A DNA stretch of 64,000 nt, from contig NC_081331.1 in assembly GCF_022539665.2 (NCBI RefSeq), positions 3,038,001 through 3,102,000 on the forward strand, written 5' to 3'. The position numbers were made by a program, and so were the translations under genes. The notes under the pieces were generated by a model. The model made no database searches and had not been told where the DNA came from. It saw only the letters and a program-made list of their open reading frames with translations. Shown piece by piece: positions 27,201 to 41,439 of the stretch; position 1 is the stretch's first letter; each line of letters starts with the position of its first letter. The stretch comes from Daphnia carinata. Taxonomy: Eukaryota.

Positions 27201-30200
27201 AAAAACGAGAATAAAATGTGGAAAGCAAAATAAAGACCGGTCTACTTAATGGCCAGTAATCCTCGCACAGGATCCGCAAGCAAATCAGCATTAACAAGAG
27301 AACAAGATAAAAACGTTTCAACATTGAAATTTGAGTGCCTTGCAATCGTTCCGCTCTTTCTAATTGTGTTGCCAAGTGTCACACGAAACGCTTCCCAGAC
27401 CTAATAGTTTCCCTATTACTGAACCATATACGACACCTAGCGTATCTTTCCTCATTGCAATCAATTGTCTATTTATTTCCAAGACGTCACGTATTGTCTG
27501 GTTTAAACGTCCGTTACTCGCTTTCTTAAAGTGAAAATAGAAGCGGAAATTACAAGATCGATACGCTCTCTGAATTTTCATTTGGTTCGCTCCCTTTTCC
27601 CGTCGTCCATCTTATACGTTTCGGAATAGCGAAAGTATAAAAAAAAAACAAGAAAGAAAGGCTATTTATACGATACAAGAGCACAAAGCAACGAGATGGC
27701 TAGATGCGAGATTTGCTCGTGTAACGAGCTCAATAGAATACAAGGCAAACGGGAGATAACATACAGAGACGAGAGTATAATAAAAAGGATGACTGGAGAA
27801 AAAAAAAAAGGTCCAGGACGAGACTAACGAACCGTTATTGCCGCCGGTCAGTCTGGCAGAAAAGTGAGTCTGGGACACTGAAAATGATTTCCACTATGTG
27901 TGTGTTTGCAACTTGCAGCGTAAACAAAAATAAACGCACAAAGAAGGAAAAAGATAACCGAATAAGAAAGTGGAGAATCCAACAAGATGGAATAAGCTGA
28001 CAATGATTGGAACTGAAAAAAAGAACACGAGGCGTAAAAATAAAAAAAAAGATATATAAAAAGGTGTGCGGTCAATACCTGAGATAGGACCATCATCGGC
28101 GGATCATATTTTTTTTCTCTATTAGAAAAGCCACTGTGCGTACTTTTCGACGATTGTCCAACGTTCCAAATAAACTTCCACTTTCTTCTGGTTTTACATG
28201 TGTTCATCGCCGTCACGTTGCGCGCTTCATAGAAGACCACTATCCCCTTCAAAAATCAGCTGTCACTTACACCGTCTCTCTCATTCCAATCGAAAGAGCA
28301 GCAAACTTGTTTGAACAAAAAATGTCTTCTTTGTGATTGGACGAATTGTGCCACGTTTGCCTCCGTTTGTTGTTTTTCGTTGATCAAACAAGTTGAGGTA
28401 AAAAAAAAAAAAAACATTACACAAAGTTGAGTAAAAATGAGCGGGTGAACACAAAGTTCACCGAGGCAACTGCTCTGGGATGAGCCACGTTCACTTCTGA
28501 CGTCCCTCTGTCGATGTCTGTGAACGGCGGGCTTCTCTACTTCACAACCAAACTCACGGACGCGCACGCCGCTCTCTTTCTGCTCCGGCTAGTCAAGGAG
28601 AGTGGGTGGGGTGTTGGCGGAAACTTGTACCGGAGCATGGCCTCCTCCTCGTCATCATCGGGTTTGTTCACCGCGTCCTCCGGAACCGACACCCATGTTC
28701 ATTCGACAACTCCACATGCGCAGTTTCAATTGACACTCAGCACGGAAGAAAAACACATTTCTCGAGTGGTTCTATACTTTTTTTATATACATAATTAACG
28801 TTATGCAAGATTTTCAAATGATCAATTAAAAAAGGAACGAACGTTGCGCAGAGCGTGTGAAATCACGGATGACGGGCACTGGCGTCTTTACCCTTTCACG
28901 TTCCGTTTTCTTTGTATTTGAACGGTTCACAGTTGACGGAATCTTCTGACCATCGAGCAATTCGGATGTGAATTCAGCTTCAATGCGCTCGTCGAAAAGG
29001 GCGATTGATCTCCAGCTTTTTGGTGAAGTCGTGCCTGATAGTGACGCCAAAAGGGCGAGCAAGTCGAAATAGAGACAGAATGGAGCTTAATGTGGAAGGC
29101 GAGAATGAAAGTGAGAATTGCGCGCGCGAGGGAGAGAGAGAGGGAAGATGCCATGATATACGGTTGCCAATCGATAGCGGATGCTGGAGACTTGGCCAGT
29201 CTGGGCTACTTGAAGGCCGCGGAAATAAAAATAAAACTAATAAAGAAATATATAATACACACACAAACACGAACACAATATATAAATATATATATATATA
29301 TATAAATATATAAGATTATTTGTTTATTTTTCCACAAGAAAATAAAGAATGAGAAAAAGAAGCGGACCGTGTGTAGGCAAAAAGCAGCCAGATGTATAGA
29401 ATGAAGGGTGGAGGGAGGAGGAAAAAAAAGGGAAGGTCCACAGATATACGGAGAAAGATACGCATAAGATAAATTCACACTCGACTGGCTGCCATCAGAT
29501 AGCAATAAAAAAAATCCTACTGGTTGTAAAATCTCTGCCCGTTTCGGACAGCACATAAATAGAAGCAAAACAACAACAACAAAAAAGGGATATAACAAAA
29601 ACTGTTTATACTGAACCTATACATTTAACTTTGCTTGCCACCAATATGGATATATAAGGATACCTATTTACCATAACAAATGTACTAACTTTCGCTGAGG
29701 TGTCAGTTATAAGCAAAGAAGGACTACGTTAATCAACAAAAGTCCTTTTCGTATGAAATGGAAGATAAATAAAATCCATTAAATGGCCGAAACATTAGTC
29801 GACCCAAGAAATGTTTTGAAACAACAACAACAAAAATAATCCCGTCTGGAATGAATTCTTGATTAACTTTGGAAATCGACGTGTATACTTGGTTGACGCA
29901 GAGAATTTGCGCGCACGTTAGAACGTTTCTACATCAAAGATGTCGGCTGCAGAAGCTCCTTGAGATGAAAACTCTTTTTTTTTTATTTTTCCCTTTTATT
30001 TTCACCTGGGTCGCCAGCTCCTAATTGGTTACCAAGGCGAGACGTGAACCGTGGCTGTACGATGGGAGGGCTCACTGACTTCTACAAGTCTTGGCAATGT
30101 TCTTCGTCCTATGTGCCCATATAGACGGGCTAATGACAAACTTAAGAGTCAGAGTAGCTAAAACTTGTAACTCTTTGTGCCATGTTCAAACAGCCGACAT

Positions 30201-33200
30201 TTTCTTCGAGTTGCTTTAGTAGTAATGACGTTATTAACGTCTGGATTCGTTCCTCCTGAAACATCGGTATACTTGGAAATCATTGATCCATTGGAAAATA
30301 TCTTGACAGTTGATTACGTGAGCGAATCAGTCTTTAAAACAACCTTAAGATGGTTATTTAATAAATATCGTTATCTCATATGATGTAACTGCTGTGTTGA
30401 ACAGTTTCTTTTTGAAAATTTATCAATGGCAATCCGTAAAGGTCGAGATGCTCTAGTAAAGGTCACAGAATGTTTACCGTGAGTCTCTTTTTTCCAAAGG
30501 CAAAATGGGCAAAATGGAAGAAGCGATGTAAGAAGGTCGAATAGAAAAATCGCTGGTATAGTTGATGCGATGTAGAAACATGAAATTGCGTTGCCCGTGA
30601 GAGGCTTTGGACCGAGATTCCAATGCGTGCAAAGAGATTACACAACCAAAAAGATCAGAAATAATCATAAAGAAATAAAAATATCATAAATACCCCCTAA
30701 AAAAACTATTAAAAAGTAAAGATAACCGAATAAAACAAATTCCGTTCACGTTTCATGATACTAAAACAAACAAACTATAAAGAATCAAGTCAACAGTTTG
30801 GTAAAACCATTCGCACGTCATCACCAGAGGCGATCACTTAAATTAATGATACAGCCCTCTAATGGTACTCCCCGTATCATTAATTAAACAGAAAAAAAAA
30901 TCCACTGTAATAGCTACTGGCCAAGATTTTGTTTTTTTCATCTGTCGGCGTGACGCAGCCACCATCAACAATCATTTGTTCAATGCTAGGGGATATAACG
31001 TAGCAAATAAATATACATCCATAAGCTAGAAGGAATGGAAACTCTGGGCAGCGGCGGAGCGTCACGGAACAAGTCGAACAAATTAGCCTTTCTATTGTCG
31101 TATACAAAGAGAAAGAGAAATTGAGATCGCAGCAACGCGTATCTTAAACACACATGTGAGGGCGGTGGGCAAGCAGAACATCAATCTGACCGATTAGACC
31201 GACACCACCCTGGCCGCCACTTTGCCGGCAATCAGGAGCGACGACTTATATAACCAAAGGGGAGGCTCAAGACTTGTATACCCATGTCTCAAGTCTTCAC
31301 TCGCCTCACCCTGGAACGCACCAAGGGTATTTCAGTATCCCACTTTTATTTTATTTTTTTCTTCCCTTCACCAAATGGTGTCCTGGCTATTAATGAAAAC
31401 CCATTTGTCTAACGCTATAAAAAAGAAGCGAAAGACAAGCGTGAAAAGAGAGATATAACCGCGCCCACTCTCTTTCTGTTATACACGCAGAATGAAAAGA
31501 AAATGGGAAGAGGAAACTAAAAAAGTGAGTAAACATGCGACTGATTGCAGTACGGCTCCTTCCAAAGTATTACTGAATTTACACAATGAGGAAAAAAAGA
31601 AGAGAAGAATGTCAGCAAAAAAGCAAAAGCTTACACCAAAAGAGATGGGTTCTATTTTGTACAGCATATTATGCGCTTGGTCAATCGATTTTTCACGTGG
31701 AAAATGCCATCCGTTCTCATCGAAACTGTCACGAAGGGAAGGCAGGTCGGCATGGATGAAAAGGAAACTAGTAATCATAAATTAAGTAGAGCTCCGACGG
31801 TGCGGAAAAAAAAAACACGCACGCCGAGAGCAAAGTAAACACGCACGCTATTTTTGTTTTCTCATTTATTTGTTGTTTGTACACAGTACACTTGTAGGTC
31901 GTTATCTGTTGTTTATCGAGATGGGTAATCCAGCAGACGACCTAACGGGATGTGCAATACTACTCGTCAGGCCACTCTGCGTAGATACACAACCCGGAGA
32001 GAGCGGCAAAAAAAGAAGAAAAATCTCATCTGTGAGGTTGTCATCGTAGCTGAAAAGATAGTGGGCGTTGGTTGTGTTGCTTGTAGTGACATTCAACACA
32101 TCCAATAGGTAAGTGAAGGAGTCATCTAGCCTGGAGTGACGGAATTTTTCATGTCTGCATCGCGTTTTCGACAACCCTTTTCAGTCTGCTCAAAGGGCAA
32201 GACATTTTTGTGTTTAAAAATATGCGAAACATTTCGGGTATTGCCTAAGAAAAAACTTTCGTTATATTTCGATGAACGTGAGACGGCGTAGTATTCGATT
32301 TTGCTGGGACACAGAAGAAAAGTTGATGCACACACTAATGAGATTGAAACTCGTTCCCTAATGGTTTTCTCTCTCTATTGCTTGCACGAATATATTTTGT
32401 TTGTTTTTTATTCTTTGGAATGTTTCCCAAGTGCAGACGAAATAAAATTCTCAAAAAAAAAAAAAAAAAAAAAAAAAACAGATCAATAAATAAGCAGCAC
32501 TATTGCGTGTCATTTGATTCCACCGAGGAAGACAGAAAGGCTAGAGAATGGGGAGGAGAAAGATCCCGTTTCAACTTAATTAGGCAGAAAGAGAGACACG
32601 AACTCGGCTGTACAGCATTGGGTGCAACGTTAAGTGGTGAATCGGTATCTACCGAGAAATCAAACTTTCATTTCGTTTTCTTTTTTCCAGCTGAAATTCT
32701 AGTGAGCCCTCAATTGGCTAGAGGCTATAAGAAGGCCCTATGGTAATCATACTAGGTCTTAGTTTTCTCGATCGTTATTTAACCCCCTAGTCAAGATTAT
32801 ACAGGAAGAAAACAAAAGGATTAGCTCATGGCTTCCTTCTCCTTTTTTTTTTCCTGATTATAGATTATTAAGTAGAGGAAGATAAGACCCTATGGGATAA
32901 CCTTTGGCATGCTGAACAAAGAGACATTGAACTTGTGATGCGTCCCGTCATTTGCCTATATCGTTGGCTGCCCGCAACAGGGAAAGGGGCACAAAAACCC
33001 ACAGTGGAGCAAGTAAATTCCAATTTCCTCTTGAAAATAAATAAACAGCGTCGATGCTTCACGACTAGAATCGATCGGCGCAAGGAAATCGAAAAAGAAG
33101 GCGGGAAATTTCAAATGATGAACACGCTAGTCAATGATGTAAGGCAGAATTAACTTTACCGACACATAAAAAAAAAAATGAATATCAAAAAGGATGATAA

Positions 33201-36200
33201 ATACATTTTTAAAAATGAGGGGGAATTTTTATTTTCTGTAATGCAAAACTACCGGCCACTATTCCGCAAGACAAGTTCTCCCTCGACGGTGATGATAGAG
33301 ATTTATATTCGGCTTTGCCAACAGCCTTCTACAGTTCAGCCATGCAGTTAGACTCTAAAGAAGAAGAAGAAGAAAAAAAAATGCAGTCCAACGCGTCCGT
33401 TTGATCGTGGAAGCCGAGTAACGGAGGGATTGAGTTATGCACCAACGCCGTTGCCAAATTGTCGCCGATCCAGCATTTTCAGTCATACTCTTGTTTTCTT
33501 CCATTCTCAATTTTCTTGCCTCTTTGTAGGAAGACACTCGAGTTGAGATTCCAACAAAAAGTTCGATGGAGGGGGTGTGGAGGATGAGCTGGAAGGATTT
33601 AAAAAAAAAAAAAAAAAGATGGATGGACCAGTCAAGACGATGAAAGCAACGCATCATTGCCTCTCCGCTCTTTTGATTTCATCCTTTTTTTTTTTTTACT
33701 GAAAATATTACCCTCTTTCATTTTTCACCGAATCTCGGATCTGAAACGAACTTTTTTTTTTTTTTTTTTTTGGGGGGGGGGGGGGGTCCCCCCCCAAAAA
33801 AATGAAGAAAAAAACATTTCTAAACAGAGACATACTGTTTAGTCACGATTGTCGATGTTGTGGACATCCGCACAGATTTCTGCCTTCATTTATATTCTCT
33901 CTTTTATTTCTTTCCCACATTTTGGTGGGGCTTTTTCTTTCTATGCGACCCGCCCTGAATTTGACGTCTCATTCGTCTCTATTGAACCGTTCGACTCTGT
34001 GTGTATACCCTCCAGTTGATAGGATTTCCCCCTTTTTTTTTCTTCTTCTCATCTTCTATGTATACATTCTTTTCTTACCCCAACAATTGGCGAAAAAACC
34101 AATCAAAAACTCGGCGGGTGGGAGAGCGTCTTTGCAGCTGTCGATGACACGTTTAATGCTTTTTACACGCAAATATTACATCGAGTACTATATAAGCTAT
34201 TACCTGTACGTACAATCTTTTTTAAAAAAATGCTTCACACTTGTCCAGGCAATTGTTCAAACAACAAAAGAAAAGATGATGAGAGTTCTCATCAAATTTA
34301 CAGATCACGTCGGCTGACCGAAATGTAACGTCTGTCAAGAATAAATTAGTGTTACGGAGCGAGCGACCAGACAACAAAAGACATCAAAAACATCAAGATA
34401 AAAAAAAAGGGGAATGTGTTAACTGTGCCTATAATGAAAAGCCTCTTGTCGTCATTGTTCCGCTATACATTTCTTTATAGTAATTCACACTTCTTATGTC
34501 TCTTTGATCGTTATACAAGAACCTTTTTTTACGTGGGCAATGACATCGGCAACAAAAGAATGTGACAGCGTTACACCCATCACCTTTGAGTAAGCATTTA
34601 AAAATATAAAAAGTAGACTATGTCGTTTTTTTTGTACAAAGTGCATCTGCGAAAAGGGAAAAATTTGTTTTCGATTGTCGTCAATTGTTGAACTATATTC
34701 ACGTCTCGTATGACCTCCTCCTTGTTTCTCAACGGTGAAATCCCCCAAAGAAAGAGTATAGGAGGAGCCCCCGTTGGTTTATAAAAAGGATATCGAAATG
34801 AAGAAAAAAAGGAGGAAACGGATGTGCTACTGCGACCTTTTGCTCGTCTCTGGCACGTCGTCGACGTCCCAACGGGCGCAAAAAGAAAGAATACTATACA
34901 TCTCCGTTTTCTATGGCTATATCAACCCTTCCCATTTTCAAGGGACATGAGAGTCTTGTACTATTATAAGTACAACGCCTACGTCGAATTAATGCCGTTG
35001 GTGAGGGAAAAAAAATAAAATAGAAATAATAAGAAATAGAACATCTTGACTCCCGCGCACGGCCGTACGTCCCCTGTCTTTCCGCTCTATTGGCAACTTG
35101 ATATAGATAGAGAGATGTACGTAGGTTATATCATAATTGCTTTCTCAGAGTTATCCCACACCGCGTGACGCAGTTAGGTAAATATAAAAAGAGCTCGTCT
35201 TTTGTCATCCAAAATAACTGCGCCTTAATCTCTCTTATAAAACACGTAGACGTGTTGGACAGCAGAAGATACGATTCGACGTACACGGCAATTGGCTTTG
35301 CCATCAAATCGGGAGTCATGGTTCACGTAATTACAAAGTAAGGGGGCGTCCTTTGATCGTACTTCATCTATCGCTCTTGCATTAGTATTTTACTATTATT
35401 GGGCTCCCTGCAACGTTGCTCATTTTCTCTGCCCGATGTTTGTCAACAGCCATTCGACTGGATATGTACAACCACCTTTAGCTATCGCAAACTGTCTCCA
35501 ACAGTGGTCTCGCTGTGCCCAAAGAGATGTGTTTACTTAGTTTAGTAAATAAAGATTGGACAGAAAACGGAAGGTTTTTAAAAAATGGTTTATAAAGTCG
35601 ATCAATGTAGAAGAGCTATAGAATAACTATAAGGAGCTAACAAATGGTGTTGGTGCTGTTACTTGACTGGACTGTAACGTAAGACGTCATGGTAAACAAA
35701 TAAAGGAGACGTTTTAAAATTTTCGAACGGTAGACGGTTGAATTCGCCGTATAGAGCCTTCTTGAAAAATGGCGGAGAAGAATCAACTTAAATGAAATGC
35801 GACTGTTTCAAATCGGAAAAAGAACAAGAGAAAATGGTGAAAGATCAATTTTACTTCGATTTCATTTGCGAAATGGCAGTAATGTCACCTCGGAGTGGCA
35901 CAATCCACTCCAATATATCTTGCTCGTCTAAAATCGAAAGGCTCTCACGGTATCCGTGAGGTTTCAAATAGAAAGCCAGATGTTAAAAATACAAGAGACA
36001 GGTATAAGAGAGGAAGAATAGGCATACACACACAAAAAAAGGTGGAAAGAGAAGCGAATGTTTTTTTTTTATTTCAAAGAGAAAGAAGCACTCTCGATTT
36101 GAATCGTGAGTGATGGAGCAGTCAATATCGATCGAACTCTTTGTGTACCTCAACCTTATATAAAAAAAAAGATATACGAACCATCTAAAAGGTGTGGCAT

Positions 36201-37268
36201 TATACATTGTCTCAACCTAGCATTTCACGTCATATCAAAGGACTTTGGAACACTCGGTATCGTCTAAGCATTTGGAAGGGCGTTAACTTATTGATAGAGC
36301 AGCACTCCAACAAAAGTAGGCATACCCACTATTGTATATCATGCAACCTGTTAATATGCGAACTCTACTGTCTATACGATTCTCGACTGGAACCTTCAAA
36401 CATTCAAACGATTCATCAATCTCACGTTCAGAAACGAGTTGAATCAAACGGAGGTACTATTATCATTCACAAGCAAATAAGAAACAGAGACGTACACGAA
36501 TCTAAGAGAAAGACATTTAAATGCAGTGAGCTTACACTTAGTTATTCGGTTATTGCAGTTAGCCAAAGCAAATTCTAGCAACCACGTAGCAAACTATGTT
36601 ATACGGTGTTGACCACATACTGACGACGAGCATGTCTTACAGTGCGACCGGACGCATTCTAGGAATACTGGGATTCAATCAGTGGTGCACGTCACAATGA
36701 TAACGAGACGTAGGCTGCGATAAGAGAAGCGGGTACGGTGAGATGAGAAAGGAAATTGTCAGCACTACATACATATGCATAAACGTATGTATAATCTTAG
36801 TAACCAGCGGGATAGTACAGTTTAACTCACCAGGGTGTCACGGTGTCATGGTGTCCAGAGGCATCGTGTCCTTCGCATATATAATACACACCGCATAAAT
36901 GCAGAGATATTTCATACAAGGAAACAGTTCCAGGTGGGCCCATTTCTTTTTTTTTTTTTTTTTTTTTTGCAAAACTCACCCAATTTCAGACGGACTGTCT
37001 CGATTCTCGATTACTCACGAAATAAACAGCAGAAAGTATATCATTCTTTTTTTCCCACCCGATGCTTTCACAACGTTCCACGACTACACTAGACGATATT
37101 TTGAATTCAGCCCCTTTCAATGGTATCGATCGTGAACCGTCCGGAGAGCTTTTTTCTTCTTTTCTTCCATTTCCACCTACATCCAGTAGAGCGTCTCCGA
37201 ACATATACATATACTAGCTTGTATAGACGTTAGTAACTGTCGACGTTGTGCACAGCATCCCGAGCACC

Positions 37269-37294
37269 AAACTATACACGTACGTGTATAGTTT
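37269..37294. repeat. Perfect 26-bp palindrome
   Basis: AAACTATACACGTACGTGTATAGTTT is its own reverse complement. Confidence 0.9.
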
Positions 37295-40200
37295 AAACCC
37301 ATAGATTTTTCTCACGATGTAGAAGAAACACGCAGCAGCACACCTTCCTTTTCCTTTGACGGTATATATTTTAGCCCTCCGTCTATTTCAAAGTGTCTAG
37401 AAATTTTATTTATTAGACGAAAAGACCTCAAATGCAATGACGCATGGACGAGATGTTTATGTAGTAAACATGCAAATACATCGGATTTTCTTTTTCTTTT
37501 CTTGTTGGTAAAAGAAAATGGATACAAGGGTCTTATATTTCAAACGTGGGAAATCGGACTAGTTTGTGTATGTTTCTCTTTTTACAGATTGATGCTCGAG
37601 ATGTTTACAGTCTTGTGTGTACAGCTTTGTATGTGCCAACAGGCGATGCCAGCTACAAATTAGGCAAACGTCATCGTGGGTGAAGCGGAAGCAGCAGCGA
37701 ACAGCAATCGAATTAGCTAGGATAAAAAAAAACGGAATATTTAAGCAGCTGCATTTGAAACTTAAATTTTTGCCGCCCTAGATAATTAGGTTTATGCAAG
37801 TCCTCTCTCTGCTACACACGAGAGCGTCTATAACAAATGAGGAAAACGCAACGGAACAAACAAATGCCAAGAAGTAAACTACGGACGAGCTGGAGAGTGA
37901 CAAATGCTGTTGGAGAAGAAGTGTAAGATAATTGTGCTAAATAGAAAATAAGAAAACTAGAAGTCTAGTTGGAGAGCTGAATCGTATAGACCTGGATCGA
38001 TTGCAAAAGGGTTTGTGTTATGTAACACGGTACACTCGCCCATCGGAAATGATATTTTTTAGAATGCCTCGGCAATCGGCTCATGCCTGATATTAAGGCA
38101 GAATTTCTATTTTGCATACGGACCCCTATGCAATCGATTAAAAAAGACGTCGTTTGTAACAGGCACTACTATTATACAGCATTAAATATAGATGCCCGCA
38201 CTGTAGAACCTTTCGTGGATATCAAATCGAAGAACGGTAAAACTTGACAAACCAGGTTGCTATGATGCGATCCATCCCTATAACTACGAAGTGGATTATT
38301 ATAAAATGTATAATCTTTTCCGGGAAATGGTAAAACTGAAAAGAGAGGGTATATAAAAAAATTTATATTGTTCGTACAAGTTGTTCCTGATATTCGGAAA
38401 ACGATCGATATGTTTGAAAGGTACGTCATCTATATTTGAGCTGGCCCTCAAGACTGCAGTTTGTGCCTAGATACACACACAAATAATAGAAAACAAATCC
38501 GTGATGTTCGTGCAATATACCGATCGGTGCACGTAATAAATCCGCTCGTGCTATCAAACTTTTCTTCTAAAACACAAAAGATTTCTATATTATCAATGTT
38601 AAAGAATCTATATGGCAGCATGAATCACAATAATGAACATTAGGCCCTCTTTTTTTTTTTACAGACTAAAATAATGAAGAGGATATAAGATCAAACAGTC
38701 GTCCGTTTTCTCAACACGTCACCTTTATCTTTCTGCTTTCAGTGTAAGAAGATGCAATCATTGATCAAGAAGACTTGAACAAAGCGATTGACCAGTTTGA
38801 TTACTTTCCTCGCCATCTTGTACAAACGTTGGGCGGGAGGTTGGTAAGAATATATGCGCGGGTAACATCCGCTTAGCGGAAGAAGTGGGTGCGTCTCTTA
38901 TATTGCAATCTCCATCGACAATTTCTATGGAAGATTCTTATCTATAGTGAATACTCAAGACAATGGAGTCCGTCCCTGCGCGTTGACTGCGCACCGAGTA
39001 AAAACAAAAAGAAGAAGCAGGTGATGTCAATAAAACGGGCGAGTTCGACAAGCACCTTTGTCTGCACTTTTCAAGTAACTTTCCAGTTAGATATCAACAT
39101 CGATTTTGTCTTTAAAATTAAACCTAAATATTATCTTTTTTTTCTTCTTTCTTTCTGTTGATAAAAATCATGTGTTTCTCTCTTAAGGACAGGATTAAAT
39201 TCGGCGTAGTAAAAGCGATAAAATCGTTTTTATGTATAAATATTATATGATTTTCTCTGGTACCATTACTGATTTACATTCTAACGGCAATTTTGCACCT
39301 TAATGTAATTCTACCACACTCACAAGTCGCCTGCATAACAGACTGAAAGGTGACCCATGAACGTGGATTCGTCGTTATGCATTTGTACCATCAACGCACA
39401 TTTGAATTTATAATGCACTCCCTCGATTGTAAAATCCCTAGAAAGTGGTGCGGACCGTACGTACCCATCCACTATAAAAAATTTATTAGCAACACAAGCT
39501 TTGCATTTTTTTTTTAAATATAAAAGCTCATAAAAACCACCATTAACACTTGAGCACACTTTTTCGTTTTCCGGTTGAACTATGATTATTATTCTTTTCT
39601 GTCGTCGGGATTTTCAGTTGCATCGTTGGGCAATGCAAATGACATACTTGTATATGCTAATTCTCGTGGATATGCGCCACTTATCGGGTAGTTGCAGTTC
39701 CAGCGTTTTTCATAATTGATCGCAAAATAACTTTGGGGCATTTATAATGGCGAAACGTTTCCTGTACACATATCACAACTCTAAAAGAAAAGAATCCATG
39801 GATATTTAATTGTTACGTAACCACACAACAACGAAAAAAATAGAGGACTATGAAAGAGGAAGAGGATTTTAAAAAAAACGGGTTAGAATTCGCATCTTGC
39901 ATGCTCATTGGGCCACCATGCCTCATGTAATCATGCCGAGTAGCACGTCATTAGTCGCTGGGACGCGTTCAACCGTCACGGTAAAAGAGGAAAATAAAAA
40001 TTCCAGTTGGATTCGTATTTGGAGAGAGCGCTATAGTCTACTACACACTAATTACGAAATCGTAATCTATCTCTATAGCCAAACGATCAGGCTTTGCTCG
40101 GTGGTTGAGCACGAATCAAGCGACTCATTTCGTCTGTATCCTAGGAACCTTCTTCGCAACGTCCCCCTATGATTAAAAAAAAATGAAAATAAAAGTTAAT

Positions 40201-41439
40201 TCATTTCCCGCATGTTTTAAACTCTTCCATGAAACATCATTTGAATATGAAGGGCCACATCTTCTGGCTTCAATTTGATTTCATTCAAAAGGTAATCAAC
40301 GGTCTAAGTAATTTGTACTGTAATCAGTTACTGCAATTGCTTACAAATTAACGGACCAGACCGTCCGATCCGTCAACAGTTTTCGTTGTAAGTTATTGCA
40401 ATTTTTAACGCTCCGTTTGGCATCGGAAACGCAGCGCTTGTGAGTGAAAGAGTTGAGTGAAAGAGATGCCGGTGAACCGTAATACCACGTTCGAATGCTT
40501 CTTGGTAATGATATTTAATAAATGAAAGGGTGTGAAAGAAGCCAAGTTTCATGTCACGTGCATTTCTTTTATTTCCAAACTCGATCAAGTGGAAATGAAA
40601 AGGGTCGGTGGGTAGATCTCTGAAGGGAATTCACAAAGTCTGGTGAGGATCACAAGATGCTGGCGTTTCTTCGTGTGCCACTCACTAACGATCGGATGAC
40701 GCCAGCTCCCAATAGCTATTCATTCGTAAAAATAGGCAATCAAATACAAGAACAAACACATTTTTTTTTTCCTTCTGGACGCCACTGGAATGTGATGCAA
40801 AAAACGAACGGGGGTGGTAACAATAATACGAAATCAAAATCAATCGACCGAATTACTTTTCACAACTGGGTTCTGCAATCTTGATGGCGTCTAAATCATC
40901 AATTGCATTCCCGTATTGCATTAGTTTATTTTTAACAACACTGAAATATGAATATTTGCATACTGCGCAAATTAAGAATTTCGTGATGATTTATGGCTGA
41001 TAAGCCAAATGATTTTCAACTGTCCCCAAAGCCAAGGTTGTTGAAACTCTCGTGAAACCAGTCAACAAAATAATTTGGCGCACATTTGAAAATACACACA
41101 CGAGATTTTTGTTTTCCCCTTTTCACAAACTTCTCTGCAAGGTTTTCGCTGCATTACTAGTATGGGTGCCTACTCAGTCATTGAGCAGTCCCTGCTTCGA
41201 CGACCACTTAACAGAACTGGGGCAAGACTGCACAATTAACGATTTAACGAGAGAAAGTCAAAGGCTCAAAACTAAAAAACGTAATTGCTATGGCGCTGCT
41301 GAATTTGTGTTTTTCTTTTTCCTTTTCTTTCCTTCTTTATAAAAGAAAGCGCAATAAAGGCCCACCATTCCGCGGTACACTTTAAAATGTCCTTTCAGTC
41401 TTACTGGAGACATACAGGTTTTTATTGTATGATGCCATA

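Noticed and set aside
30661..30740. Minus-strand FGYLYFLMVFLGGIYDIFISL (mitochondrial code), faintly like the ND6 FLGG motif; possible NUMT
   Set aside because: Very short and T-rich, and the flanks do not extend the similarity. BLASTN against the mitogenome would be needed; chance is more likely.
33752..33802. poly-T, poly-G, poly-C, poly-A apparent hairpin
   Set aside because: Homopolymer-only pairing, and run lengths in this assembly look unreliable.
33802..34317. 171-aa hydrophobic ORF
   Set aside because: The Phe/Leu richness comes from T-rich non-coding sequence; no family motif.
36825..36875. Three GGTGTC(A) repeats next to a minus-strand GTGAGT donor
   Set aside because: No acceptor, partner exon or meaningful frame was found.
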